Source of the DNA: Patescibacteria group bacterium
Lineage (GTDB): Bacteria > Patescibacteriota > Minisyncoccia > Moranbacterales > UBA9337
NCBI GenBank assembly: GCA_042569905.1
Contig: JBHPHA010000005.1
Span: forward strand, 1-53,654
Direction of reading: 5' to 3'
DNA length: 53,654 nt
Below, piece by piece: positions 1-9,934 of the stretch. The translations under genes were made by a program, and so were the position numbers. The notes under the pieces were generated by a model that was not told where the DNA came from, searched no databases, and was given only the letters and a program-made list of their open reading frames with translations. Each line of letters begins with the position of its first letter. The stretch's first letter is position 1.

Positions 1-700
1 TTGTGTGAATACAATTCTGATTTCTCTCAAAATTAATGAAAAATTCTTTAACAACCTCTTTTCCAAATCTATTTACAGATTTTACTGAAATGATATTAAC
101 CCCTTCTTTTAGACTAAGCTCCTGAGAAAACTCACCGTCTTCATTTACACTAATTTTCTTATCATTAATAATAACCTCATTTTCCCTATCCGTTACACCT
201 TCAAACACCATATAACTGCTACTTACAGTTTCATGAGAAAGAATTGGGTGCCTAATTATCAACCGAGGAGTTGACACAAAACTGCTAAACTCTTTATATA
301 AATAGAAAAATGCCAGAGAAAATATAATAAAAATTGCAACCGCACCTATTATCTTTGGTGTAATAATAACTCCAGATATATTCACACTGCTCTTCTTTTT
401 TTTACCATTCGATGCTGTCTTTTTTATATTCCGTCTAATACCTCTTTCTTTTTCAAATAACAAAATAAGTTTTTTAGTATCCCCACCAACATAATCAGAA
501 TAATTTCTCACAAAACCTCTAACATAAACATCAGCAGGTAATTTTCCATACTCACCATTCTCAAGAAGCTCTATATACTTAGCCTGAATTCTAGTATGTT
601 TAGCTGCCTCATTCAAACTAATTCGCCTATCTTCTCTCATTTTCCTAAGTCTTTCCCCTAAAGTCAAAGACTTAACTTTTTTTCTCGTAAAACCATTCAT
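1..700 (-). CDS. RodZ-like helix-turn-helix membrane protein (partial; runs off the window start)
   Basis: Not in the ORF track. Manual translation from ATG at 700 gives MNGFTRKKVKSLTLGERLRKMREDRRISLNEAAKHTRIQAKYIELLENGEYGKLPADVYVRGFVRNYSDYVG, a RodZ-type HTH with the LP..VYVRGF motif. A TM segment follows. It lies downstream of ftsK, a common arrangement. Confidence 0.85.
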   Translation of the reverse strand, partial: MNGFTRKKVKSLTLGERLRKMREDRRISLNEAAKHTRIQAKYIELLENGEYGKLPADVYVRGFVRNYSDYVGGDTKKLILLFEKERGIRRNIKKTASNGKKKKSSVNISGVIITPKIIGAVAIFIIFSLAFFYLYKEFSSFVSTPRLIIRHPILSHETVSSSYMVFEGVTDRENEVIINDKKISVNEDGEFSQELSLKEGVNIISVKSVNRFGKEVVKEFFINFERNQNCIHT

Positions 701-784
701 ATTTTTTTTTACATTCATTTCTAGTGTCTATCTATAGTATAAAAATCTTAAATATTCTCATTCAGCAATATACGGCTTTAGCAC

Positions 785-3154
785 CTAATTCTCTACAACT
801 CCAACTTTCTTCTCTAGATCATCCTCATCAGCCTCAGCCTTGCCAACTAAAATCTCTCGCGGTCTTGAACCATCAGCTGGGCCAACAATTTCATTATCCT
901 CAAGCATATCAATTAACCTTGCAGCTCTAGAATACCCAATCCTAAGTCTCCTTTGAAGTAGAGATGTAGATGCTTTACCCATATCGATCACCATACTTTT
1001 TGCATCCTCATATATTTCATCATCCCCTCCTCCATGAGAATTTTTTTCAACTGGATCATTACTAAAGTCGAGCTTTACCTGCTTACTCACGGTATTACCA
1101 CCAACTGTTTCAATGATATTTTCTTCAGATTTAGCGATAAAATCAGTGTTCTTATTTTTAATAGCTTTAACAACTCTTTTAATTTCAGATTCTGAGACAA
1201 AAGCACACTGAACCCTCTTTGGCTTCGGAGAATCAGACGAAAGGAATAACATGTCACCTTTTCCTAATAGCTTCTCAGCTCCACTCATATCAAGAATTGT
1301 CCTGGAATCAATTTGAGTAGCAACTTGAAGTGCAATTCTAGTTGTAATATTTGCTTTGATAAGACCTGTTAGCACCTCTACGCTTGGGCGCTGAGTGGAA
1401 ACGATTAAATGTATACCTACAGCTCGAGCCATTTGAGCAAGCCTAATTATTGCCCCCTCGACCTCCTTACCATGAGAAGACATCAGATCAGCTAACTCAT
1501 CAATAACAATCACAATATAAGGCATTTTCTCTAATTCATCTTCTTTCTTCTCTCCAGTTTCAGGATCTGTATACTTCCTCTTCCGTCCTTCATCAACCTT
1601 ACTCTTATATGAAGTTAAATCTTTCGATCCAGTTTCTTGAAAAAGAATATACCTTCTTTCCATTTCATTCACTGCCCACTTTAAAGCATTTACTACCTTT
1701 GAATTTTCAACAATAACATCAGAAAGTAAATGAGGAATCCCCCTATACAATGAAAGCTCTACTCTCTTAGGATCAACTAAAATCAATTTCAAATCTTCAG
1801 GAGAATTTTGATATAAAAGAGAAATCAGAATTGTATTCACACAAACACTTTTACCTGTTCCTGTCGCACCTGCAACTAGCAAATGAGGCATTTTTGCTAA
1901 ATCCTTCAAAACTACATTACCTTCAACATCCTTACCAAGTGCTAAAAGCAAAGTTGATGATGCGTTCGTGAATTCACTACTATTCAAAAGATCTCTTAAT
2001 CCCACAGTAACACTTGACTTATTCGGAACCTCAACTCCAACTAGTGACTTTCCAGGAATAGGCGCTTCAATTCTAATTGGATGAGCAGCAAGTGCTAAAG
2101 ATAGGTCGTTACCTAATGATACTATTCTACTTAGCTTAACTCCAACAGCTGGACGAAAACTATACTGAGTAACAGTTGGCCCAACCTTCGCCTCACCTGA
2201 TTCAACCTCAATACCGAAATGTTGAAATGTTTTATGAATAATATCTTGATTTTTTTCAATATCCCCACCCTTAGCTTCACCCTCATAAGGATCAAGTAAA
2301 TTAGCAGAAGGATAGTTCCAACCAGGGGAAGATGCATTCCTAGAAGAAACCACTTCTTCCACTGAGCTCTTCTTTGATGCAATACTCTTCACCTTCTTAG
2401 TTACATTGGCAAGTGAAAATGAAGACTCTCTTTGCACCACATCATCCTTCTCATCCATAGGATCCTCAACAAACTTAACACTCTTAATATTGTCATCTAA
2501 ATCCTGCTCACTCTTCTTATTCGATACCTCTGCCTCTTTTCTTTGAGCTCTTACATCCTTTTCTGACTCATTCTCACCACTCCCCTGAGCGCTTCCTATG
2601 CCTATACCACTAAGCCACTTTGAATTCTTAAAGAAACTCACGATGGAGAAATTGAACGTTATGATCGCCCCTATCATTAGTAAGGAAAATAAGATAACCG
2701 ATCCAGCCATTCTGCCTGCTAGCTTAATTAATCCTAGTGATAAATAATAGCCAACGTAACCGCCACCAGCTCCAGACTTCGCAACACTAAGAAGTTCCTG
2801 GTCACTGAAAAATATATGAAATAAAGATAATACACACACAAAAATAACTATAATTCCAATTAACTTTGAAATATAGAAAATTATTTTCTTTCTAAAAACT
2901 AAAACACCGCTCAATCCAATTAAGATAACTGGAAATAACCATTTCCCCCAACCAAAAAGAGTTCCACCTATTTTATTTAAAGCTGCTCCCAAAATATTAG
3001 CTTCTCCAAAAAATCCAAAAACAAACAGCACTGCTAGGGCAAATAAAAATATTGCAGCAATACTTGCCTTTGCATCACCATGCAAATTCACCTCTGGATC
3101 TACTTGAACTTGTTTTATTGATTCTTTTTTTGATTTATTTTTCTTTTTACTCAT
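785..3154 (-). CDS. ftsK: DNA translocase FtsK/SpoIIIE
   Basis: N-terminal TM helices, PHLLVAGATGTGKS Walker A, IVIDELADLM Walker B, C-terminal gamma domain (LQRRLRIGYSRAARLID). Confidence 0.97.
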   Translation of the reverse strand: MSKKKNKSKKESIKQVQVDPEVNLHGDAKASIAAIFLFALAVLFVFGFFGEANILGAALNKIGGTLFGWGKWLFPVILIGLSGVLVFRKKIIFYISKLIGIIVIFVCVLSLFHIFFSDQELLSVAKSGAGGGYVGYYLSLGLIKLAGRMAGSVILFSLLMIGAIITFNFSIVSFFKNSKWLSGIGIGSAQGSGENESEKDVRAQRKEAEVSNKKSEQDLDDNIKSVKFVEDPMDEKDDVVQRESSFSLANVTKKVKSIASKKSSVEEVVSSRNASSPGWNYPSANLLDPYEGEAKGGDIEKNQDIIHKTFQHFGIEVESGEAKVGPTVTQYSFRPAVGVKLSRIVSLGNDLSLALAAHPIRIEAPIPGKSLVGVEVPNKSSVTVGLRDLLNSSEFTNASSTLLLALGKDVEGNVVLKDLAKMPHLLVAGATGTGKSVCVNTILISLLYQNSPEDLKLILVDPKRVELSLYRGIPHLLSDVIVENSKVVNALKWAVNEMERRYILFQETGSKDLTSYKSKVDEGRKRKYTDPETGEKKEDELEKMPYIVIVIDELADLMSSHGKEVEGAIIRLAQMARAVGIHLIVSTQRPSVEVLTGLIKANITTRIALQVATQIDSRTILDMSGAEKLLGKGDMLFLSSDSPKPKRVQCAFVSESEIKRVVKAIKNKNTDFIAKSEENIIETVGGNTVSKQVKLDFSNDPVEKNSHGGGDDEIYEDAKSMVIDMGKASTSLLQRRLRIGYSRAARLIDMLEDNEIVGPADGSRPREILVGKAEADEDDLEKKVGVVEN

Positions 3155-3311
3155 ACAGATATTTTAGCACAAATATTACTATTTGTAGATATATTTTTAT
3201 ATTTTTTTTCACTTTTAACCTCACAGTGATATTGTATCACTATTTAAAAATAATGCCAAATTTTTCATTTTAAAAACCCCTACTTATTTAAGTAAGGGTC
3301 TTGTATTGTTA

Positions 3312-3668
3312 CTAAGAAACTCTTAAAAAAGAGTATTTATATGGGACTCTTCTTTCAATTATCTCAATATTATCTTGTGATTTAAGTTGAAATAAAAGAT
3401 TATCAAAAGAAAGAAGTTTTAAAAATTTACCGCCACTAAATTTAATTAAAATAAAAGAACCTAGCTTATCCTTCAATACTGAAACACTATTAACCACTCG
3501 GACCTTTTCCTTCTCTATGTTTCCGTAAATATCCAAAAAAAGCAACCTAAAAACTGAACCGATTAATACTTCTTTCAAGCATTCAACTACCTCAATTATA
3601 TTGTCATTATTTAAAGAAATTCTCTTTTTGCGCCAAAAATTATCCCTTGTTTCATTTTGCATTATCAC
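3312..3668 (-). CDS. hypothetical protein (orphan cassette)
   Basis: 118-aa ORF with an upstream TTGACA..TAAGAT promoter (~3705-3734) and a downstream hairpin (~3275-3300). No recognisable family. Confidence 0.55.
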   Translation of the reverse strand: MIMQNETRDNFWRKKRISLNNDNIIEVVECLKEVLIGSVFRLLFLDIYGNIEKEKVRVVNSVSVLKDKLGSFILIKFSGGKFLKLLSFDNLLFQLKSQDNIEIIERRVPYKYSFLRVS

Positions 3669-3907
3669 TTACCCCATAAACACATTTCTAACTAACCACC
3701 AAATTATCTTACTCTACAAAAACGAAACTGTCAACTTATCCCAAAATCAAATAGCTCTCTCAAAAAACAGCAATAAACACGCCCACTCAACCAGTATCAA
3801 TACCCACAAACACCGCCCACGCTATTTGACGACCAGCTCAATGCCTGATAACATTAGACTTAGAAAAAAATACCCTGTATCAACTAATCTCATTAAGGAG
3901 TGTAGAC

Positions 3908-4237
3908 TTGGCTATTTTTAAAAAAATCAAAGTAATTGTAACCAATAAAGGTGATGAACCTCATCAAAGCGTAGAACGATTTAAAATCGCAGTACATTCA
4001 GGAGATCTGTGTGCAAAAAAAAGCTGCTCCTTATACAAGAGTAGCAACCCTAATTTAATAATATTACACTCTAAAAAACTAGGAGGAAAAAGAAACATCA
4101 AAGAGTTACTCGGTTGGTTATTTCTATTATCACAATCAATCAATGACGACTTTATAGTATTCATTAAGGGACCGATACCTGATCAAAATAAAGAAGAGTA
4201 TCGACCAAAAAACTCAAACATATTAATTGAGTTTTAA
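3908..4237 (+). CDS. hypothetical protein (orphan cassette)
   Basis: TTG start preceded by a TAAGGAG SD; followed by a perfect hairpin. Confidence 0.55.
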   Translation: MAIFKKIKVIVTNKGDEPHQSVERFKIAVHSGDLCAKKSCSLYKSSNPNLIILHSKKLGGKRNIKELLGWLFLLSQSINDDFIVFIKGPIPDQNKEEYRPKNSNILIEF

Positions 4238-4257
4238 TAATAACCCAGAAAAGATTA

Positions 4258-4297
4258 AACGGATTTCATCTTAAAAAGATGAAATCCGTTATTTTTA
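4258..4297 (+). terminator. intrinsic terminator
   Basis: AACGGATTTCATCTT-AA-AAGATGAAATCCGTT followed by a T-rich tract. Confidence 0.75.
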
Positions 4298-4349
4298 TAC
4301 AAAAAAACCATTCAAACTCCCCACAAAGATACTGAAAATAGTCCAAAAC

Positions 4350-4385
4350 AAAAAACCATCCCGACAAAATCAGGGTGGTTTTTTT
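4350..4385 (-). terminator. likely terminator of the ribosomal operon (bidirectional)
   Basis: A-run, ACCATCCCGA..TCAGGGTGGT hairpin, T-run; downstream of rpsI. Confidence 0.7.
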
Positions 4386-4514
4386 ATAGAAAGTAGTTTT
4401 GGAAAATATTATTCTTATTCACAAAAAACATTGAATCATCAAGCCGCATTAAGTATGAAGATATGATTTGTTCTTAGGAAAATAAAGCAAATTTGTAAAA
4501 ACCAAAGACGGTTT

Positions 4515-4973
4515 TTATCTTTTTGCCCACTGTGGAGCACGTCTCGCCTTCTTCAATCCTGGCTTCTTTCTCTCAACTTCTCTAGCGTCACGAGTCATGA
4601 AACCATTTGATTTAAGAATAGGTTTTAAATTTTCATCAAATTTAACCAGAGCTCTAGCAATTCCAAGTCTAGATGCCTCAACCTGTCCAGTTATTCCTCC
4701 ACCTTTAACTAAAACAGAAACCTTAAACTTACCATGCATTCCAGTCTCTCTTAGCGGTGCTAAAAAATTACTCTGCATAGCAGCAAGTGGAAAATATTCC
4801 CTTAACTTTTTTCCATTAACAATCAAGTCACTATCTCCAGCTTTTTCTGTTTCATAAATTCTAACCTGAGCAGTAGAGCTTTTTCTTCTACCTACAGCAT
4901 AAAAATATTTCTCATCAGCCTTCTTTCCTGATTTAACTTTTTTCTCTTCAATTTTAACTTCTTCTTTTTTCAT
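4515..4973 (-). CDS. rpsI: 30S ribosomal protein S9
   Basis: GRRKSSTA, GGGITGQ and RDAREVERKKPGLKKARRAPQWAKR motifs. Start reassigned to ATG at 4973 to remove the overlap with rplM. Confidence 0.97.
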   Translation of the reverse strand: MKKEEVKIEEKKVKSGKKADEKYFYAVGRRKSSTAQVRIYETEKAGDSDLIVNGKKLREYFPLAAMQSNFLAPLRETGMHGKFKVSVLVKGGGITGQVEASRLGIARALVKFDENLKPILKSNGFMTRDAREVERKKPGLKKARRAPQWAKR

Positions 4974-5010
4974 AAAAAGTATCTCTTTATTAAAACTTCG
5001 TTTATTTAAC

Positions 5011-5394
5011 TTATTTAGTGACATCTATCTTGTGATCGTGTTCACTATTTTTATAAACTAAAAGACGAGTCATCATTCTGTCTCTTAACTTATTTTTTGG
5101 AAGCATTCCTCTTACAGCTGAAACAATTATTTTTCGAGAATCCTTCTCTAATTGCTCCTCAAAAGTTGTTCCCTTAATTCCTCCTGGATAACCACTAAAC
5201 CTATAATAAGTTTTTTGCTTAGCCTTGTTACCAGTCAATACAACTCCATCTGCATTAGTAACCACAACGAAGTCTCCTCCGTCAATATTTGGAGTATAAT
5301 CAACCTTTCTTTTTCCGCTCAAAGTCTGGGCTATCTCTGTCGCCATTCTTCCTAGAACTTTTCCCTGAGCATCAAATAAATAATATTTTCGCAT
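5011..5394 (-). CDS. rplM: 50S ribosomal protein L13
   Basis: DAQGKVLGRMA, YTPNIDGGDFVVV, SGYPGG, VRGMLPKN motifs. Confidence 0.97.
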   Translation of the reverse strand: MRKYYLFDAQGKVLGRMATEIAQTLSGKRKVDYTPNIDGGDFVVVTNADGVVLTGNKAKQKTYYRFSGYPGGIKGTTFEEQLEKDSRKIIVSAVRGMLPKNKLRDRMMTRLLVYKNSEHDHKIDVTK

Positions 5395-5416
5395 AACTCA
5401 AAATTTAACAAATAAT

Positions 5417-5782
5417 TTAAACAAATTCTATAACAGCTACCTTAGCTGAGTCACTCTTTCTTGGACTTAGCTTAATAACTCTAGTATAACCACTATTTCT
5501 GTCATCGAATTTTTTTACAAACTCTCCAGTCAATTTCTTAACAGCCTCTTTAGGTAATTTCCTACTCAAATCCCTAATTACAGATACTTTTAAATCATTG
5601 CTTTTAGTGGATTTCTTAGCCTTATTTACAATCCTATCTATCAAAGTCTTAGCTTCCTTAGCTTTAGCCTCTGTAGTAGTAATCTTTTCATGCATGATTA
5701 AGCTACCCAACAGAGTGCTAAACATTGCCTCTCTTTGACCTTTTACTCTTCCAAATTTTCTTCCTACTTTCTGATGATTCAT
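5417..5782 (-). CDS. rplQ: 50S ribosomal protein L17
   Basis: HEKITTTEAKAKE and RNSGYTRVIK motifs. Confidence 0.97.
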   Translation of the reverse strand: MNHQKVGRKFGRVKGQREAMFSTLLGSLIMHEKITTTEAKAKEAKTLIDRIVNKAKKSTKSNDLKVSVIRDLSRKLPKEAVKKLTGEFVKKFDDRNSGYTRVIKLSPRKSDSAKVAVIEFV

Positions 5783-5807
5783 ATATTTAAACCTATAAAT
5801 TCAATTT

Positions 5808-6776
5808 TTATTTACTCTTCAATGTTAGTCCATGAAGTCCAATAGCTTTTTTGATCTCCTTTACACCTTTATCACCCATTCCATCCAAAGCTTTTAATTC
5901 ATCTTCATTTAGCTTAACAATATCCCCAACAATAGTGATGTCATTAGACTCCAAAACATTTACAGTTCTTGTTCCGATTCCACCAATATCGTTAACACCT
6001 ACTTTTCTCATGTCAACTTCAACCTTCTTTACCTTTTTTTCCTTAACCTCTTCCACTACTGCTTCCTCGATTACTGCTTCCTCGTAACCAGATTCTAAGC
6101 CTAGAAGTGCAGAAAATTGTTCTACCAAGATTTGACTAGCTTTATGGAAAACATCCTCTGGAGTTGAGCTACCATCAGTAACGATATCCAAAGTGATCTT
6201 ATCATAATCAGTTCTCTTTCCAACACGCATATTCTCTACTTCGTAATTTACTCTCCTTACAGGAGTGTAAATAGCATCAATAGCAATAACTCCAATTTCC
6301 TTCTCTTCTTCTTCGCGTTGTTCAACTGGAATATATCCAATACCTTGATCAACTTCCATTTCCATCTCTACTTCGATATCTTTATCGCTAATAGTAAGGA
6401 TTTGTTGATCTACATTAACAACTTCGATTCCTGCTGGACATTTAATGCTTTTAGCAGTAACCAAACCATCTCCTTTAGCAGTTAAACTAACTCTTACAGA
6501 TTCTTCTCCTTCCATCCTGAATCTGATTTTTTTCAAGTTCAAAATTATTTGAATTACGTCCTCCATTACTCCATCGATTGTAGAAAATTCATGAGAAACG
6601 CCTTTAATTTTAACAGATTTGATCGCTGTTCCTTGCAAAGAAGAAAGCAAAACTCTTCTAAGAGCATTACCTAAAGTTGTTCCATATCCAGGATAACAAT
6701 CTTCGATAACAAAACTACCGTGATTTTCATCAACCTGAGTATATTTTGGACTTTTAGGAAGTGATATTGATTGCAT
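5808..6776 (-). CDS. rpoA: DNA-directed RNA polymerase subunit alpha
   Basis: GYGTTLGNALRRVLLSSL, HEFSTIDGV, VENMRVGKRTDYDK. Confidence 0.98.
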   Translation of the reverse strand: MQSISLPKSPKYTQVDENHGSFVIEDCYPGYGTTLGNALRRVLLSSLQGTAIKSVKIKGVSHEFSTIDGVMEDVIQIILNLKKIRFRMEGEESVRVSLTAKGDGLVTAKSIKCPAGIEVVNVDQQILTISDKDIEVEMEMEVDQGIGYIPVEQREEEEKEIGVIAIDAIYTPVRRVNYEVENMRVGKRTDYDKITLDIVTDGSSTPEDVFHKASQILVEQFSALLGLESGYEEAVIEEAVVEEVKEKKVKKVEVDMRKVGVNDIGGIGTRTVNVLESNDITIVGDIVKLNEDELKALDGMGDKGVKEIKKAIGLHGLTLKSK

Positions 6777-6872
6777 ATTTTTTTTATGGTTGATTTAAGG
6801 TTATGAAATTATAATTCTGACTTAATACAAATCTCAATATAGATTCATGACTTAAACCATCACCTATTAAAC

Positions 6873-7505
6873 TTAACGAGAATAATATTCAACTACTAAT
6901 TGAGGATCAACGTTTGAGCTGATTTCCCCTCCTTCAGGTAAAGATAAGATCTTACCTTCTAACTTAGCTGCGTCTACTTGAACCCATGCACAAGCACCTT
7001 TCTTATTTTTCAAAGCTCTTAAAACTTCTTGGAAATAAGGCTTTTCTTTCTTGTTTTCTCTAGCACTAACAACGTCTCCTGGCTTAGCCTTATAAGAAGG
7101 AATACTAACTTTTTTTCCATTAACATTAATCAAGCCATGATTTACAATTTGTCTAGCAGTAGTTCTTGAAGGAGCAAATCCCATTCTGTAAACAACATTA
7201 TCTAGTCTCATTTCCAATCTAACCATCAAAAGATCACCAGCAACACCTTGTTTCTTACTTGCTTCATCGAAATGATTTCGAAATTGCCTCTCCAAAACTC
7301 CATAGATTCTTTTAATCCTTTGTTTCATTGCTAATTGTCTTCCGTACTCGCTCAATCCTCGAGTCATTTTCTTACCATGCATACCTGGAGCATAGTTTTT
7401 CTTGACCATACCACACTTTGGAGAAGAACAACGATCTCCTTTCAAGAAAAGTTTTTCTCCAGCTCTTCGGCATTGTCTACATTTTGCTTTTAAATCTCTA
7501 GCCAT
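6873..7505 (-). CDS. rpsD: 30S ribosomal protein S4
   Basis: CRQCRRAGEKLFLKGDRC zinc motif, LEMRLDNVVYRMGFA, VVEYYSR. Confidence 0.98.
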   Translation of the reverse strand: MARDLKAKCRQCRRAGEKLFLKGDRCSSPKCGMVKKNYAPGMHGKKMTRGLSEYGRQLAMKQRIKRIYGVLERQFRNHFDEASKKQGVAGDLLMVRLEMRLDNVVYRMGFAPSRTTARQIVNHGLINVNGKKVSIPSYKAKPGDVVSARENKKEKPYFQEVLRALKNKKGACAWVQVDAAKLEGKILSLPEGGEISSNVDPQLVVEYYSR

Positions 7506-7625
7506 ATTTATTATAGTATTCAGTAACTAGTCCTTGCCAAGATAAAGTTATCTTAAGCCATTAACGAACAACTAGTAATCCTACCTTAATTCTTAAAAAA
7601 TTTTAGATTCCTAAATTATTAACTC

Positions 7626-8012
7626 CTACGTCTTCTCAGTTGTACGACGTCCGCTTCCCATAGTTCTTCTAACATTTCCACGAACAGTTCTATTATTAGT
7701 CTTAGTTCTTTGCCCTCTACAAGGAAGCCCTTTCTGATGTCTAAGTCCTCTGTAACAACCAATTTCCTTAAGCCTTTTAATGTTCATCTTAATCTCATGC
7801 TTAAGTTCTCCTTCTACTTTATAATTCTTTTCGATTTCCTCTCTTAAAGAACTTAATTGTTCTGAAGTTAAATCCTTAGCTTTAATTTCTCTCTCAATTT
7901 TTAAAGTTTCTAGTATTTTAACACTAATAGAACGACCTATACCGAAGATATAAGTTAATGAGATTTCTATTATCTTGTCATCAGGAATATTTATCCCAGC
8001 TATTCTAGCCAT
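7626..8012 (-). CDS. rpsM: 30S ribosomal protein S13
   Basis: MARIAGINIP, YRGLRH, LPCRGQRTKTN. Confidence 0.98.
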   Translation of the reverse strand: MARIAGINIPDDKIIEISLTYIFGIGRSISVKILETLKIEREIKAKDLTSEQLSSLREEIEKNYKVEGELKHEIKMNIKRLKEIGCYRGLRHQKGLPCRGQRTKTNNRTVRGNVRRTMGSGRRTTEKT

Positions 8013-8047
8013 ATTTTTCTAACTTTTAATATATAGTAAATTATTAT

Positions 8048-8533
8048 TTATACCCTCCTTGGTTTCTTTGGTCTACAACCATTATGCGGAATTGGGGTAA
8101 TATCCTTTATTGCACTTAAATCAAATCCAGCGTTAGCAAGCCCTCTAACAGAAGCTTCTCTTCCTCCTCCAACACCTTTAATGAAAACTGTTAACTCCTT
8201 AAGTCCATATTTTTGAACCTTTTCAGAAACGTCATTAGCAACTTTAGTTGCAGCATATGGTGTAGATTTCTTAGCTCCCTTAAATCCAAGGAAACCAGCA
8301 CTAGACCAGCCTAAAACAGCACCATTAGCATCAGAAAGAGTGATTATGGTGTTGTTATATGTACATTTAATATGAGCTTGTCCTTTTTGAACTTGCCTTT
8401 TTTTACTTTTTTTAGCCTTTGGAGCAGTAGTTACAGGAGTTTCTTCCTTTGCACCTTTTACCTCCACAGCTTCACTTGAAGTTTCTTTAACTTCCTTTAC
8501 CTCTTTTACGTCTTTAGTTTTTTCCTCGGTCAT
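8048..8533 (-). CDS. rpsK: 30S ribosomal protein S11 with a charged N-terminal extension
   Basis: YNNTIIT, FKGAKKSTPYAA, DITPIPHNGCRP; roughly 35 extra K/E-rich residues at the N-terminus. Confidence 0.98.
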   Translation of the reverse strand: MTEEKTKDVKEVKEVKETSSEAVEVKGAKEETPVTTAPKAKKSKKRQVQKGQAHIKCTYNNTIITLSDANGAVLGWSSAGFLGFKGAKKSTPYAATKVANDVSEKVQKYGLKELTVFIKGVGGGREASVRGLANAGFDLSAIKDITPIPHNGCRPKKPRRV

Positions 8534-8567
8534 ATATCTTAATTTAATTTAAAGTCAAAAATGGATT

Positions 8568-8684
8568 TTAACCCTGTCTTTGCTTATGCTTAGGATTAGA
8601 AGGACAAATTACAAACAATGTTCCTCTTCTTCGTACCACCTTACATTGGGCACATATCTTCTTTACTGATGATCTAACTTTCAT
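8568..8684 (-). CDS. rpmJ: 50S ribosomal protein L36
   Basis: Below the ORF track cutoff. Manual translation: [38 protein letters not shown]. Confidence 0.97.
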   Translation of the reverse strand: MKVRSSVKKICAQCKVVRRRGTLFVICPSNPKHKQRQG

Positions 8685-8749
8685 ATTTTTTTACTGAGCC
8701 ATATGGCTCTACTTAAGTTACCTTATTATCAAAATGTAGTGAAATGCGA

Positions 8750-8962
8750 TTACATTCTTTGAACTATCCTTCCTTTTGTCAAGTCGTATGGACTCATCTC
8801 CAACAAAACCCTGTCTCCTGGTAATAATTTTATGTAATGCACTCTCATTCTCCCAGAAATGTGCGCTAAAACCTTATGACCATTCTCTAGTTCTACTTTA
8901 AAAGTAGTACTTGGTAATGCTTCCAGTATAGTTCCTTCCAATTTTATTAATTCTTTACTCAT
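8750..8962 (-). CDS. infA: translation initiation factor IF-1
   Basis: [35 protein letters not shown]. Confidence 0.98.
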   Translation of the reverse strand: MSKELIKLEGTILEALPSTTFKVELENGHKVLAHISGRMRVHYIKLLPGDRVLLEMSPYDLTKGRIVQRM

Positions 8963-8973
8963 AAAATAAACAC

Positions 8974-9110
8974 AAAAAAACAGAGGAGCTCTTCATAATT
9001 CTATCCTAATTCTTGAAGCTCAAAAACATACCTCTACTGATTTTATTATTTAATTCTTTTAGAAATTAAACGTTTTAATAGTATATTAACAGAATTGATT
9101 TATTTGTCAA
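8974..9110 (-). promoter_or_regulatory. infA operon promoter and structured leader with a terminator-like hairpin
   Basis: Minus strand: TTGACA..TGTTAATAT promoter, then AGAGG..GAGCTTCA..TGAAGAGCTCCTCTG followed by TTTTTTT just before infA. Confidence 0.5.
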
Positions 9111-9283
9111 GAGAAATCACGCTAAATTTAAAATTTTCAGTTTAAAATTTAAAAACATCGTATTTTAAACTCAAAATTCAAAACTGCCCTCACCTGTCAT
9201 ACTAAGATTGCCGCGCCGCGCTTTTTTTGCAGGGTTTCAAGATCCTTTTATTCAATAAGTTAAATTTTTAAATTCATGTAAAT

Positions 9284-9530
9284 AAAAAACGCTCCATGAT
9301 CATGGGAGCGTGAGAGAGTGACATCTTTCTATCGACCATCTTGGTTATCTGTACAAACTTACAGTATTCAATCCTTCCCTAGACGTCTTAGGGGGCACAG
9401 CCTTCAAGTCCTATATAATCCAATTGTTTTTCTCAATTAACTCAGTCAAAAAAATTACTTTTACGTAGGTAGCCGCCGATAAATCAACTTTACCTATATT
9501 GGGGTGCTTCGCAAAGCATACCCTTGACCA
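9284..9530 (-). ncRNA. candidate structured non-coding RNA (unassigned)
   Basis: Own promoter (TTGCAA-17-TAATGT with extended TG, 9536-9564) and terminator (CGCTCC..GGAGCG-T6). No credible ORF; several GC-rich helices. Confidence 0.55.
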
Positions 9531-9609
9531 CTTCTACATTACCATTATTCTTTATTTTTTGCAAGTCCTCACCTTATTTAAGTTACCTACATTTTTATAG
9601 CTAAATCAA

Positions 9610-9797
9610 TGTCATTCTGGAAAACATATTTTTCAAATCGAGGAACGAGATTTAGAAAAATAGTTTATCCGGAATCCATCCTTCATTAGTTGCAGTGAAT
9701 AACAAATAGGATAAAGTTATATTAAGATCGGATTCCGGATAAGTTAATTTCTTTGAACTCGTACCTCGCTCAAGAAATCATACTTTTCAGGATGACA
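9610..9797. repeat. REPIN-like element, copy 1 (two inverted TGTCAT-tagged hairpin units and a 54-nt spacer)
   Basis: TGTCATTCTGGAAAACATATTTTTC..CGAGGAACGAG..TATCCGGAATC [54 nt] GATTCCGGATAAG..TCGTACCTC..GGATGACA; arms closely match 47462-47649. Confidence 0.85.
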
Positions 9798-9862
9798 AAA
9801 TAGTAATGATCGCAAAACAAAAAAAGACTCTGCTTTTACACAAAGTCCTTTTTATTGTCTTG

Positions 9863-9934
9863 TAGCCCGTAGGAGAATCGAACTCCTGTTACCAGGATGA
9901 AAACCTGGCGTCCTAACCACTAGACGAACGGGCC
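9863..9934 (-). tRNA. tRNA-Glu (TTC)
   Basis: GGCCCGTTCGTCTAGTGGTTAGGACGCCAGGTTTTCATCCTGGTAACAGGAGTTCGATTCTCCTACGGGCTA: cloverleaf with anticodon TTC; CCA not encoded. Confidence 0.97.

Noticed and set aside
4385-4449. 21-codon ORF (MRLDDSMFFVNKNNIFQNYFL) between rpsI and its terminator as another leader peptide
   Set aside because: No clear promoter, sensor-codon run or antiterminator, and no gene directly downstream.
9610-9797. CRISPR array
   Set aside because: The units are inverted pairs rather than direct repeats with multiple spacers, and no cas genes are in the window.
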